A stretch of DNA of 64,000 bases. Origin: Phoronis australis (lineage: Eukaryota > Animalia > Phoronida). The DNA lies in assembly GCA_002633005.1 (NCBI GenBank), contig NMRA01000528.1, positions 237,956 to 301,955 of the forward strand, read 5' to 3'. Positions 40,946 through 56,066 of this stretch are shown piece by piece; position 1 is the first letter of the stretch, and the number at the start of each line of letters is the position of its first letter. The notes below the pieces were generated by a model that did no database searches, was not told the origin of the DNA, and saw only the letters and a list, made by a program, of their open reading frames with translations. The translations under genes were made by a program, and so were the position numbers.

Positions 40946-43094
40946 GAAGTACAATTTCTGAAGTAAATAGTCGATTTATTCGGTTTTTATGTTCTCCCAA
41001 GTATGACCTACATGTAATCTACTTTTTGCCTGGGATTTCTTTTATGCGCATTTCTAACGGAAAACGTTCGTTTCATGTCTTAGTGTTTAGTGAGTGAAAA
41101 TAGTCTGGCTCACCGATAGGCGTATCACGTATGGTCACTATTATAGACTATATTGTCTAGACTATAATCTATGGTCAACATGAACACCAACATTTTGCTA
41201 AAAACATTTCATTGCCTCGTGACTGTACTTATGATTTATAACTACATGTACACTGTATCTCGGGTGATTGTTACTACATGGCCACAGCGTATTCACCGTT
41301 TAGTAAAAAACCGAGTAGTGCAAGTTCAACTAGCTAAATCCTCAGCTGTTTGTGGTGGGATGAAAATGTAAGCTGAATTCCTCTGAAAACCTTCATGATT
41401 ACAGATTCAAAAATTCCGATAATTTCGGACCCAGGAGTGCTGTCACAAACATAATTTTTTCACACATTACCAGTCTTGTTTGAAGCATTTGCTTTGGTTT
41501 GGAAATTACCTCCAATGTTAGGCACAGGTTTTGATGACCTTTGAGACTTTATGTGAAATTTGAAAGGCCTGTTTATTCCAATAGGGTATGTGAGAGAGCC
41601 AGGAGAACAAAGAGGGGCGTGAGTGTAAGACGAGGTAGAGGAAGGAAAGGGAGGTCAGTCGCTACAGCCACTACAGGTCCAGCCTCAGTGACCGCAGCTC
41701 AACGTGGTCTGCAAGCTTATGCATCTCGTCAAGCTGACGTACAGGTACTTCATGTACACTAAACATGTGAAAAAAACAACTCAAAAACTCTAGTTCAGAG
41801 ACGCATTTATGATTTGTAAATATATAAGACATCCTACACTTTACAATCTAAGTCATGTTACATCTTGAAGAAATTTCAAACATGACACAACACCTAGCCC
41901 CTGTAACGCAGTTAAGCTACCAAGTAACATTTCTCGCATTATAAGCACTAGAGAGCAGTTAAATATAGTTCTTTCAGAATTCAAATGTTTTATGCATATA
42001 ACGCTTGATGACGCCTTACGATGCCTCCTTTAGTCAATTTGCGAACATAATGGTTACTACTGTGAAAGGATTTCTGTCCTGTCCGATCCTCAAACCCGAG
42101 ATACATTGCAGTCCATGCACCGAGCTATTAGACCAATAGTCAGTAGAAGATATATTTCCATTATATTCATTAACATTGTCGGCATTGAACAATAATGATG
42201 TATTGTTATAAAAAACTCATAATTAAATGTGTACCCAATGGTTATGTTGCACTTACAGTCATCGTCCATGTCATCGCATGCTATGTCCTCAGAAACATCA
42301 ACCGTTAGCCTGTAATAAACCAATGTTCAAGTGTTTCTCTTGCTTAAATTGTTTAGCATTGGTCCGTCAGCATTAATTGGATTTCAGCACATATCGCCAA
42401 ACCACGATTAAGATATACTATATAGAAACCGAACCATGTACGACATGGTCTTTATAATTAGAACTCAGAAAACACACATTTATGACAAATAAAATACAAC
42501 CACAAATTTTATGAACTGTGTATGCTACTGATAAAAACTCCTCAAAATCCCAACAACTTCAACGTTGCCTTCGAATATAAAATTACACAGCAATCAACTT
42601 CAAGAAAGAAAAAAAATTGTCAAATTCTGTGCAAAGAAATGTAGCTGCAAAATAATCAGTGAATTCAACTCTGAACACAGTATGTTCGAATAAGTTAGGA
42701 ATACCAACTTGTCGTGTTAAAAACACAAATATGACAAGGTTAGTCGCAGGATGGCCTATAAGACCGCACCTAAAAAGTGGTATTCACTCAAAAGTGTCAC
42801 CAAAACTGCTACCCATCTGCTTTTTGATGCATTCAGTTTTAGTTACATTTCTTCAAATCCCAAATATATACAATGCATCTATACAGAGTATGCAAAATTC
42901 AGTCATGCATAGAAGAGAAACGTATGCACACCATTCCTGACCATAACAGACACGTAGACATTTTCTTTTTGTGGGAATATACCATGTATGTTACATGCAC
43001 AAAATTTTCACAATTCAATTATCAGTTACAGCTGACACTAAACAATTTGCTGTCAAGATAATTTATGAGCACTGACTAATTTTTAAAAAAACAG

Positions 43095-43328
43095 GGGCCC
43101 GTTCCAACAGAACTGACTTAGCTAAGACAATATTCAAATTTAAGTAAATTTTAAAATAAAGTTAAATTTGTCCCAAAACCAATTCAAGAAAGAGATTTTA
43201 AGTTAGTCTTAAGTGTTTGACATAAGTTTTGTCTTTACTTACCAATTTGGAAGTTTCAAAATTTGCAAGTTAAGACAAATATTGAACTTAAGTCAAAAAG
43301 GAACTTGTCAGTTTCTTGGAACAGGCCC
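43095..43328 (+). mobile_element. PIF/Harbinger-type MITE
   Basis: TIR GGGCCCGTTCCAA / TTGGAACAGGCCC, flanks CAG/TAG, AT-rich interior. Confidence 0.6.
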
Positions 43329-45126
43329 TAGTACTTTAACATAACACATCAGTTAGGTAAACAGTCTGAGTGAAGTATTCAAAAAATCTGCCGAAGAAAT
43401 GAAAGAAACTTAGGAATTCGAATCGTATGGGGGAAATACATACGACATTATTCCGCATATCCACCTCGACCTGCGGTCTAGGTCGATACGCGGAATAATG
43501 TCTCGTGGGATACTACATGTACTTCATGTACGCCACTCTCGGTACCTTTTGTGTATACATGTAAATCAAAACGTTTTCGCTGCCAGTGGATTTGGATTAG
43601 ATTTTTGGATGATTTTGTTGACCGGCGATGCTATTCAGCTTGACCATAGACTTTAGTACATAGAATATAGTACTTCCGCAAAGTACGTCGTCTGCTAATC
43701 ATGGTCATTTCGTCGGGATTTGGAACGACGATTTTGCCGAACACACGCCCGTGTTCAAATAAATTGAACGCTCCTAAAACTTTAACTTCTTCAATAAAGG
43801 TCACCTTAATACTCCAGAAATGACCATAAGGCCTACTTCAAAACTACGAACATGGAACAGCTACATTAAAGAAGTGTGAAGGTCGTTTTTAGACAATAAA
43901 GGTCAAATTCATGTTATCCGGACAAATGATAAATGTTTCTTAAAGTTTCGCGTTAAAGGAAACTGTACATGTATGTTATTCTGAATAAATGTTGCATAGT
44001 TTTCTATTAGCTGTTGATTAATTTCACAAGTAATTCAACGTAAAACAGTAAACTTACATTTGATAACGAAGCCAAACCAAAAAATTCACCCACCTTTTGC
44101 AACAAAGAAAAGTGTGTCGTCCGTTTCAAAAACAGCACGCTCGTGACACGGATTGCGTCATTTCCTAAAATTTTGGGACATCTTTTGCAGATGATGACAG
44201 CTTCGTAGCATCAAGGTTTGTTCTAAAATTCGGATGTTTGGTTTAAAAATACCAAAAACTTATAACAACATGAAACAAGTTTCAATAATTTGTTGTGACA
44301 TGCACGCAACCTTGTGCCNGAAGAACAGTTGGTAAAAGAATCAGGGGGAAAAGAATCTGGTCAAGGTCAGGTGACGTAATCGCCAAAAGCCGACTCAAAA
44401 GAACGCATCACAATTTTAGCAGCAGCCGATGAACGGATTAACGACCGCTAACTTTTCCAACACCGGTAATTTAATTTAGACCTACATGTACTCAAGAATG
44501 AGAGTAGTTTCAATGACGTCCATTTCTTACCCATATCGCCACCAACCCGTATATTTTTGCTCAAATATCCCTCATATAGGCGCATGGGCCTAAGTTCAGC
44601 AATTAGGTGCAGGCACTGATACGGATATAGAATCATTTTAAAAAATATACTAAAAGCATTTTTTTCACCCAGCATACGCAGATTTAAGGGGGGGGGGGCT
44701 GGACCGCAAGCAAAATGAAACAGCAACAGCGTGAAGCCTGAGGAAATATTGAGTTCATTACATAGAACCGGTAGCTGATGAGGGGGTGCTCAGACCACAG
44801 ATCGCTGCGGAAAGGTGTTGTCGTGTTTTTTAGTCCACCGACAGATTTTTTCCGACCAGGAGGTCCACATTTCTGGCCTCCGCAACTTTCGGTCCGCCTG
44901 TTTACATACAATCGCGCCTTGTCCAATTCCCCGAGGTAACATGTTGGGCCCCCCTTATGGTATCCTAGATCCGCCACTGCCCTGTGTGAATTCAGGAACA
45001 GATAAATTCTAGAAATACACAGTTTCAAAAGTCATTACTAGCTTTATTTTCACGAACGAATTACGTATAAAATAACACTCGGTTCTTCTCCAACCTAAAA
45101 TATGCTTAACTGCTACAACGTTTTAA

Positions 45127-45480
45127 AGGAGAATGCCACCCGATCTAATTAGTCATTTTTGCCGTCTTAATTGGTCTATATCCACTTCGCCTCGCATACG
45201 GTCGACTTTACCTTGCCAAGACGTTTCGCGTTAACCTGTGAGGAAGGTGAGAAACGACGCTAGCGACGTCAGTGGTTCATATGCAGAGTGAATGCCGTTA
45301 TGTTGCGGTGCATCGTTCCCGCTTGTCCGAACTAAGCAGCTGCGAGGAAAGCGGGTATGTCATTTTTACTTCCTCGAGAGTCCGAAATGCTTAGGAAGTG
45401 GCTCATGGTAGTTAAGAATGAAATGTACGCTGTAAATAGGAAGTATGAGGCCGTGAAACATCTCCGTGTCTGTGGCCTGC
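45127..45480 (+). mobile_element. Kolobok copy 2: THAP-side end, cut by the N at 45481
   Basis: TTAA|AGGAGAATGCCACCCG; ...KAGMSFLLPRESEMLRKWLMVVKNEMYAVNRKYEAVKHLRVCGL. Confidence 0.8.
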
Positions 45481-45481
45481 N

Positions 45482-46101
45482 GCGGATAGAGCGCGTGTGC
45501 TTTATCACTGCACCACCACGATTTCACGGCGAAAATATCATACTAAGAGACCTACTTGTTTATGGTCCACAGCTTTGCGCGCAAAACCTACTTCTTTTTG
45601 TAATGACCATTACACTTTTTATATTTAATGTAATTAGTTCATTACAAATTTGTTGTATTTAAAATAGTCTTCAATTGCCCAAAAGATCAATCCGTTTTTT
45701 GAGGTAGCATTAATGACGCGATTGCTTTGGAAATCGTCTTAAGTTAAGGTTTGACAAAGAGAGTGATTAACAGAAGCTGCTAGTAAGATGTGAATTTTAA
45801 TCGAAGCCTTAGTTAATCACTCTCTTTGTCAAACCTTAACTTAAGACGATTTCCAAAGCAATCGCGTCATTAATGCTACCTCAAAAAACGGATTGATCTT
45901 TTGGGCAATTGAAGACTATTTTAAATACAACAAATTTGTAATGAACTAATTACATTAAATATAAAAAGTGTAATGGTCATTACAAAAAGAAGTAGGTTTT
46001 GCGCGCAAAGCTGTGGACCATAAACAAGTAGGTCTCTTAGTATGATATTTTCGCCGTGAAATCGTGGTGGTGCAGTGATAAAGCACACGCGCTCTATCCG
46101 C
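45482..46101. repeat. 290-bp inverted repeat with a 40-bp spacer, abutting an N
   Basis: Arms 45482-45771 and 45812-46101; the ORF track gives identical peptides on both strands. Confidence 0.95.
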
Positions 46102-49100
46102 CAGGTCGTGAATTCGAGTATGTGGTAAATGCAGGTTTTCAAGTTTGACGCATTCTCCGTGTTTTTTTTTCATTGTCTTTTTTTTTCTTGGATAATACTT
46201 CAGAAATCAAGGAAAATGCTTGATTTTTAGAGGAAAGAACAGAAATTTTTTTCTGGGCGGGAGGGGGGCAAACCCAGCTCCCGACCTCCCTCCATTCTGT
46301 ACTATCCGCATCTACAATCGTGCTTGTCGTAAATGTTTACAGACAAAATGTTTGGCCCCCTTAATGTGATATCCTAGATCCGCCACTGAATTAGAAAAGC
46401 TCAGCAATAATGAGCTTTTCCGACTTCAACCGAGTCAATTCTGAAAACATGTAAATGAGATTACATAACCGTCTGTGATGTCAGACCAGGCTAGCAGCTG
46501 TGTTATTGCAATTTTTTTTCATATGATAATTCTTTCAAATTCATTTGTTGGCATAACTCAATTGGTTTTTGCCAACGAGATGTAAAGACCAGTGTATCAC
46601 AGATAATAAAGCCTAATACAAAATATTACAGTTTTCATTTTTTTCATTTTCAGCAGTGAGTACGAAGGATGTCACCTTTTTATTCAACCACATACATAAT
46701 TGAAATTTGAATGAAGGTGGCAATCTCAATGACAGAATTACAAGAATACTTGAAATGGAAATCTTCTGAGATTGTTTTTTTAAATTCATGTGTTAATCTA
46801 TTGAAATAATAATAAACCCAAGGCATCCAGAAATATTACCTGAAGATGCCAGTGAACATATTTCTTCAGGCCTTCATTATGGCAAGCTAATTCTACCATG
46901 CTTTGGTCACTGAATCATAGAAATCAAAGAACAAATCAGAGGACAATTATGATTTAATCCACAGTTCCAATTAAATTCAAGTGTTTTCAGTCGGAATTAT
47001 ATACATGTATTTGGTTTCTACAGTCAAAGATTTTCAAGGTAGTTGAAGGTTACATCTACTGTACAAAAGTCAAAACTGAAATAATCTCAGTACAGTAATG
47101 TTGATACGTAAGCCGAAATGATCTAATCTTTTACCAAAATAAGTAACTTAGAATGCACAGAACATTTAAGCATTACAAATGTTATCCAACAAATAGACAA
47201 ATTTACATGATATGAAAGTGGATATGCCTAACTATTACCATGTCAACCACGTGTTTCCTTACCGTAGAATTCGTCAAGCACAATTTGAAAAAATAAGACG
47301 TAGAATGGAAAAAGGATTGGAGGCTTCAAGCTTCATAATCCATCATTGTCTATTACTCCAATTAAAAGTCTTTAAGAGTCAATTTGTTGCCTTGATAACT
47401 GGAATTAAGAAAGCAACAAGTTACAACGCATGTATTAAAAAACGATTCATACGTAAATTTACAAAATTATGAATTATGCTGTGATATCAAACCTTGAAGC
47501 GCAATTGAAAAAGCGATTTCAAAACCTTTTCAACTATTTTTAAGCTGAGTGTGTGGTCATTTGAATGGGATATTCACACTACAAGAATTAGAATATTCCT
47601 AATATTTTTTGCACAAAAACCTTAACATTGTGCAATGTTGTTTTTATAGCAGCCCTCATCAAAATGTATCCAAGTTAAATCTTCACCAAGTACACAATAG
47701 CCAATTGAACATGACCGCCAGTTCATCGTAAGTCACCATGTTGACGGTGCCGCCGGAAATGAGTCCAGCGGTAATTATGAGCATTTTTAACACTCAACTT
47801 GAGTATCTTGAGTTACTTATGATAAGTAACATCTGTGTGGGTGAAATCTAATGAAAACTATTGAATCGCTCGGAATAGTAGGGGTAGATATTTCTCCCTA
47901 AACTTCATCGTATATTATTGGTGAAAGTGATCTATATACGGTTTTAAAGTCGTAACTTATGCCGCTGTTGTCCAAGATGGCCGACCCGATCCAAACAAAT
48001 GACCTACATTTCGCATAACCCGATTTTGATAATTTTTCGATTTTCATTGAGTGGTATGCATTATCTTTCCGATTATATTGAAGTATTTTTGCAAATCGAA
48101 AAAAATGGCTAGGCTGCCCCACCCTTAGGCCTACTGATCATTCAGTCCAGTTAGCGATCGACTAGGCTAAAATTCAATGGATTGCAACGACAGATAACGA
48201 GCATTAAGCTATTCAGCACATCCCCCTGAAAACACTTACCGGTATGTTGCCAAAACGGTAATTCAAAAGCAAAGTAATCTACTGGTTACTTCTAGCACTA
48301 ATCCTGTCCGACTGTGTCCGTCGATGCTATCCGCCCACTAGCTTCTGGAAAGCGACTGCATGTACCCATTCGAATACTCTCTGAAAGTTCACTCATCCTG
48401 GTTTGCAACCACACTCGGATCACAGACTGTCGTTCTAGAAGCAGTCCATAGAAATATGTTCGCTGCTTACTACCGAATATGGCCACGCTTCACTCGTGGA
48501 CAAAGTATTCTCACTTGCGACGCAGTCTTGCATCAGTGGGAAACTTGTGCAAATATACCCCAGCCTTTCGCGTATTGCCACAGTTGCCAACTTCACAACG
48601 GTCAAGCATTCTTCTTCAAATATTTACCCAGTTTAAATTTAAACATCCGTTTACAATTGAAAAAATTACTCCTCTTGGCACGCAGCAATGGACACTGTGG
48701 ACTCAGTCAGGCTGACTCTGCAATGATCAGGTCACGTTCCTACTGACTACATGTACTGTAAAATGTTTAAGGCAACACACAAGACCATGTGCATATGTGT
48801 CACATTGCAGAGAATTAATGGGCAAAATTGCATAAAAAACCGATTCTGACAAACACAAAGATTCCATTTGTGCCAGATAGTCCCAGCCAAGAGTACAAAC
48901 CTATGGGCAGACTCGACAGTGGTCTGCAAAGATTTTATAGTTATCTCTGAATACAACGCTGTTCCACAATGTCTGACTAGGCCAATTACACTAGGACGGC
49001 CATCTTGGGATATAGTATCTTTGTGGTCGGGTGAGGAATTCCTGATGTGTTCGTTATGTGACGTTTTTCCGAAGATAGCCTAAGTTCAAAATTTTCTGTT

Positions 49101-49572
49101 CTCAAAATTTTGTGGGGAAGTGGGAGCATGTTTTAAACGAATAATAGAAGAATATGGCGTATGAAATAAAAAGAAATGTGGTTCATTAGCAAACTTTATT
49201 AACAGTCAACACATGTGTATACATATTAAATACAACTAAATAGCTGAAACGGGCAAGGTGAGTGTCATTCACCAATTTTGGATGCACCCCGTCCGGTCTT
49301 AAGCTCTCCATGTTGATGCAGGTTTCACGCCCAGTTAACGAGCAGAACTACCCTGGCTGAGTGCAATTTCGGAGTCTATGGAAGAAAAAACACAGGGGTA
49401 CCGATTTGTATTTTGACGATAATCTTCATACAGCTAGCTGGCTGGCTAGGCTAACTAAACTGTACCTGGGTAGTCAATGGGCTGTGTGAAATTTCGGGGT
49501 CTAACGGAGCTCAACACAGTGGTACGATAATCTTCATACAGATCTATAGCCGGTATCTAACCAATCGTTTAA

Positions 49573-50790
49573 AGGAGAATGCCACCCGATTTCATTAGTC
49601 TTTTTACCGTCTTAATCGGTCTACTGTATATCCACGTCGTCTGTTATACGGTCGACCTCACCTTGCTGAGAGGTGTTGCGTTAACCTGTGGGGAAGGTGA
49701 GAAACGACTCAGCGACACCAGTGGTTCATCTGCAGAGTGAATGCCGTTATATTGCTGTGCATCGTTCGAAGCTGCGAAGAATGCGGGTATATCGTTTTTT
49801 TCGACTTCTTTGATAGCCCGAAATGCTTAGAAAGGGGCTCGCGGTAGCGAAGAATAAAATTGCGCTGTTAATAGCAAGTATGAGGCCGTGAAACATCTCC
49901 GTGTTTGTGGCCGTGATTTCTCTGACAAATTCCGGCTTACCAAAGAACTATCCACACGTTCCGTTGCTCGTGCATATTCACGGCTCTTCTCTATAGTATT
50001 TCTTGATCAGCGTATTCTGGTTCGAACTGATAGCTTGTGAAACTTAACAATCCGTCCCCTGAAGTCTTCGTCGGATATGCTCTCGACTAAGTCGGGATTG
50101 GCGCCGGGCGAGTTGCCATGTAGACGTTTATTATTCTGCGTTCTCTTTCAAAATGAATTATACTTACCCTAACCAATGCTTATACAAAGTCTGACTCATT
50201 AGATACAATTTGTAAAGCCTTTCAAATATTTGGGAGTGCAAATGTTTTGAGAAGCCAGAAATTAGCTGCGTTACCGGCTTTAGATGCAATAAAGGTACAG
50301 TGTAATTGATCGGCCACCGAAGCCGTGTGAGCGCCTGCTACATGTAATTCAGTGTTTTTCGACAGAAAGCTGTTGTAAAACAATAACTCGATTTTGTATG
50401 CTATGGTCACAGGTTAGGGGAATCTTTATTTAGATATACAAATACATTATTCAAATCATATACTGTACAACCTTTACTGTGACCGTTCTGTGGAATTAAG
50501 GCCGGGGAACCTGACTTCGCGGCCATCGTCAAGTAAGTAGATTTTCAGTTTCGTGGCTAATTCACCTAAATAATTACATGCACATCATTTCTTTGGCTCA
50601 TTATTATACTAGTCTTTTCGTGACTGGAGGTTTAGTTTCCAACTTAAGCTGGTTTATGTTCGTGATGTCCAGTCCCGGCGGCCGCGACGGGCCTGATCGG
50701 GTTCCGAGCCACTGGCGGGGAGTAACAAGCGTTTTGTGTGTTGAGAACTGAAAAAATCGCGCAAGTCTAACAGTACAAGTTTAAGGTTAT
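49573..50790 (+). mobile_element. Kolobok copy 3: THAP (+) joined by internal deletion to the KolX-side sequence (-)
   Basis: TTAA|AGGAGAATGCCACCCG, THAP ...EAVKHLRVCGRDF. 49945-50790 is the reverse complement of ~59770-60515 and partly of 5200-5530. Confidence 0.8.
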
Positions 50791-51517
50791 AACATCATGC
50801 ACACAAGCGCACGCGCTCGTAGGCGCACACACACATATACACACAAGCGCGCACACACACACACGCACATCACCTAACTTAGAAAATCATGGTTGTAACA
50901 ATGGTTTTTAAAAAAACAGTTTCATGGGCTTGAATTTTTTCTCCGCATACAGTAATTATACATGTAGTACCTTTAAGTACAAATGTATGTATAACTTGGG
51001 GTTCGTCTGGTCTCTTGATCATTCATAAATCAAATATTGAAAATACTAAATAAGAACTTCAAATTAATATCGTGTTACGCAGTTAAGAAGAATATGAGCT
51101 TATGAATCTTTTACCATAAAGACATCAGAAAGTCATATTCAAGAGCATAGTGATAAACGCTCCACAAGATGAACACGTGTCCTCGCTAACTAATCGCATC
51201 TTTTTCAGAACACTTTCTGTATAAACCTGTCTATGGATATAGAATTATTTGCAATTTCTAAAACAAGGAAGCAACGAGAGTTTGCGTAGAAGAACATAAG
51301 TGTGATTAATTTTTTGACTAAGGTAAACATCAGTCAAGCTGTATTCAGGCTAAAGCAGGAGGGAAAGCAATTTTGGAGAACAAAATGTTTCTAAAATAGT
51401 CTGTTCTTTTATTTAACTGGAAACGATCTCGCACTTTGAAATGTAATGTTCAGGTTTTACTTTTATTGCACGCTTTAAAGCGACAAAAATAACCAAATTT
51501 GACAGCTTATATCTCTC

Positions 51518-54500
51518 ACTTCAGGTCCACCTGTCATGGAGGACGGACACGTTCTGTAATGCTGCGAGTGAGCCTTCCGATCCGGTACGTTTTCACCGAA
51601 ATGAGCAAGCAAACACCGTCACGTACATGTAAGCGTCAGCCGAGCAAGGACACCGCACAACTCAGAGATTTGGCTGGAAATACTGGTTTAAAGCAACCAA
51701 CTTTAGAGGAAACTTTGAAGTCAGCAAAAGGCTGACTCAATCAGGAATGACTTGAAGGCAGCTTTTCTTGATCCTGACGTCCAGCATTGTTTTAAAAATA
51801 GTCAGACGTGGATTGACGAGAAATTGAATGACTTAGCCAGGGGGTATAGAGATGAAATTTGTGGATGATTTACGAAAGAGGGACCGTGAGATTGCTGTTC
51901 TAAATTCTGAGCTGAACGAACTGAAAACTCAAACGCGTAACCGAAATTTTTGAACCTGGAAAGAGAGTTTGACGACCAACAACAGTACAGTCGCCGAAAC
52001 ATGTTGGTTATACGTGGCAAAAGCGAAACTCAGGGTGAATACACAGATGATATTGTTATAGAACTCACTGGCGACCAAGATGAACGTGAATATCCAAAGA
52101 TCGGCCGCTAGCATTGAATGGGTAAAGTCAACCCCAGGGCCAGAAGCCTCGTCCTATTGTTGTAAAATTCACAACATATATAATGCCCGTTTAGAGTTTA
52201 TCCAGAATAGAAGAACGCTGCGATCAGGAGATGCAGGTAGGCCTAGCATTTTCATCAATGATGGTCTTACGCAGAGGAGAACGGTGATTTTCAAGGCAGT
52301 CAGAGATCTAGGACCCCGGATTAACAGTTACTGGACCAGAGACGGACGCATTTATTTGAAAGACAAGGCTGATTGTATTTACCAAGTGAAGGACCCGAAG
52401 GATTTGGAGGGCTTTTTAACTGTGGTGTTTTTGCTCGAGGTTTCTTTTTCCATGCACTTTTGAAGACTATGGTGGGTGCGGTATAATTAACAGACTGTAG
52501 TTTTTTATCATGTACATGTAGGGACTCTATGAGAAGTCGGAGGGCGCACTAGCCTTCGTGTTATGTGATGTCTTGCGCTGTTTACTTTCTTTGTTGTGTG
52601 TGTGTGTGAGTGTGTGTGTGTGTGCTTGTGTGCGTGAATGTATAATCCTCACGGCTGTTACCATGTTATGTAATAGGTCATTAAGTTTAACTGGTGCTGA
52701 TCATGAGGGACCACTCACTAGTTCCTTTCAAGTAGCATTATGTCAGTGGACATAACAATTGCTACTTTAAACTGTCAAGGTTTGGGTCAATATGAAAAAA
52801 GAAATGTTTTTAACTTTCTTAAACAAAAATACTCAATTTATTGTCTGCAAGATACCCACTTTCTGAAAAAAACGAGACATTTATCAGGGCAACGTGGGGA
52901 TACGAATGGGTTTTTTTTAGCTCATACAAGTCTAATTCCAGGGTTGTGGCTATTTGTTTAATATTGATTTTGAATCCAAATTTCCTACTAAAAACAAGAT
53001 GAAAACGCCAATATGCTATTACTCAGGCTCTAAATGATAGTATTGTGATGATGGTGAATGATTATGGTCCAAATAAAGACGATCCCGATTTCCATGAACG
53101 AGTATCCCAAAAGGATTGTTGACTTTTCAAACCATCCGATTACTTGGACAGGTGGTTTTAATTTAGTTTTAAATCAAGTACTTGATACTTGTAATTATCG
53201 TCATGTAAATAATCTACAATCTAGAGATATGGTTTTGGAAATCTATTCCGATATTTTCTGTTTGAAGCATAGCGCGAGTTAAATCCTAGTAGTGCTGAAT
53301 TTACATGGCGATCTGGCATAAGCGTTCCGGTCTAGATTTTTTTTCTGATTTCTGAAGGGTTAAGGGTGGAGTTAAATGAAGCCAAAATTGAAACTGTTTA
53401 TAGAACAGATCACTCGATGGTAATCTTATCATTTAAATTTTGTGTTTCACAGAAGAAAAGATCATTTTGGAAATTTAACTATTTTCTCTTGAATAATTCG
53501 GAATATGAAACTCTTGTAAAAGAAGTTATGAAGCGTGTTAAACAACAATATGCCTAATGATAAAGATTATGTCATAGATAACATTGCAGACAGTGAGCTG
53601 CAGTTATGTAATAATGATCAACTATTTTTAACGTAGAAAATACATATCTGAAACTAAATAAGGCGATCCAGATCCTCCCAAGGATACTATTGTTTCAAGA
53701 AATGAAGAATATAAATCGGTAAATAAAACAACAAGAATGGATCAACTGAAATTTGATATTTTCGGATGTAACAACTTCCTTTATCAACAAAAACAGAAAT
53801 AAAGTAAAATCAAACACAAAATGACAATTGACATATAAGATATGGTGTAATGAAAATGATACATTTTTGCGTAAAAAATTCAATGAAATATTTTAAGAAG
53901 TTTTTATGTTCAACCCATGAGGTTCTATTGTTTTCAGTTACTATAGGTAATCATTTCAATTCCAAAAACCATAATATTCAAGATCTTTCTGTACAAATAA
54001 TAGAAAAACTCCAACACCCCAGTACCCCTCACAGACTTAAAAGAGAACAATATTGGATAGACAAACTGAATACAATGGAACCTCATGGGTTGAACATAAA
54101 AACTTCTTAAAATATGTCATTGAATTTTTTACGCAAAAATGTATCATTTTCTTTACACCATATCTTATATGTCAATTGTCATTTTGTGTTTGATTTTACT
54201 TTATTACTGTTTTTGTTGATAAAGGAAGTTGTTACATCCGAAAATTTCAAATTTCAGTTGATCCATTCTTGTTGTTTTATTTACCGATTTATATTCAACT
54301 ATTTTTAGAAATTCTTCTGATGGAGATTCGTGTTGGAACCATTTCTTTTTCTAGTTATTTGAAAATACAGGTGGACAGGTCAGAGTCTATGCGTTTAGAC
54401 GAAATTGATAAATTAGAAAAAGCAGAAAATTTGGACACATGCTTCATTGCCGAGACGCACTCTCAGTTGATTGAGCTGCGGAAACAATGACTGTATGGCA

Positions 54501-56066
54501 ATATGATCAGGTCCAAAGCGAGATGGATCGAGGAACAAGTGCCCTCCAAATACTTTTTACACTTAGAAAATAGATATTTTACAAGTAAACACATGCCCTT
54601 CCTGTGGAAGTCAGATAATAAAAAACAGGTAGTGAGTGTGAAAGTATACAGGAGACTTCTGTCTTTGAAAATGTCTATAGGGCTAAGGAAACTACTGATG
54701 ATAACTTAATAGGCGATTTCTTAGAAGAGGTAACATGTCCCAGGCTGGATGAAAATGAAAAAAAACAAACTTGAAGGTCTTTTGACCTATGAGGAAATCA
54801 CCTAAAGTTTGAAAAAAACGCAAAACAATAAGAGTCCTGGCTCTGATGGATTTACGATTGAGTTTTTAAAATTCTTTTGGGATGATGTAGGAATTTTTGT
54901 ACTCTGATCTATAAATACCAGCTTCGCTGTAGGTCCACTACCATCCACTCAGAAAGAGGTTCTGCAAAAATATCAAATCATCTTATTGTAAGTGGCCAAC
55001 CTCCTCGTTCAGGCTGGTTTAATATACTGAGATGAGTCAGACAAGGTGGCCCATTATCTCCCCTATCTATTTAATTGTGCGGAAATTTTGGCTCTCATGT
55101 TCAAACACAACCCAGATATAAATGGAATCAAAATTATGGATCGTGAGTACTCACTAATTCAATGTGCTTATGACGCTTCTATTATTTTAGGTGGCTCGGA
55201 GAAGTCTTTACGGTCTATCTTAAATGTTCTAAATCTGTTTTCACATTTCTCCGGCATCAGGGTCAATTTTTGAAAAACAAAAGCCTTTTGGTTAGGCAGC
55301 ATGGCTAACAGTGCTGAAAAATATTCTGTCAGAGAACAGTTGTCATGGACCAAAACAAATTTCATGTTCTTGGGGCAGACCAGAACTACTTGGCGAAATT
55401 GAAAGATATATTGAATTAATTTTGAAAAAATTGGCCCAAAACATTTCTGTTGCCTTTCGGGAGGATTACAGTAACCAAGGCTCATGCGGTTTCAAAAATT
55501 GTACATCTTCTGATATCCTTGCCACACCCTTCGAAACATATTCTAAAAAACTGAACTCAATTTTTTATGAATTCCTCTGGCAAGGTCACAGTGACAAAAT
55601 TAAGCGCTCCCGAGCTGTTTTTAATTATAACGAAGGAGGTATTAGAATGATTATCATATTTTTATACTGTAAGGCTGTAAAGATTAACGTATTAACAAAA
55701 TTTGTATACGGTCAGTCTAAGACGGCCCGTTTGTTTCATTGATTTTTCCTGAAATTCGAAATTTCGCCAAATATGGAGTTGACTTTCTCAAAACAAATTG
55801 CCTAATACTGAAAATCACTTCTGGAAAGATTTTTTGAATGTGTAATCTCCTTTGGAAATTGCTTGAAGATCAAAAATCAGATAGATTTTCTTAACCAACC
55901 TTATTGTTTATCAGTGACCTGCAGGCAGGGGCAAAAAGTATTATCTACAGGAAATGGTGCCATGAAGGCTTAGTCTTTATAAAGGTCTTGTTTTCCCCAG
56001 ACTTTAATATTTTGAACTATAGATTCATTGTGGATGTTTTAGGCATCAAAACGCACTTCATGGAGC

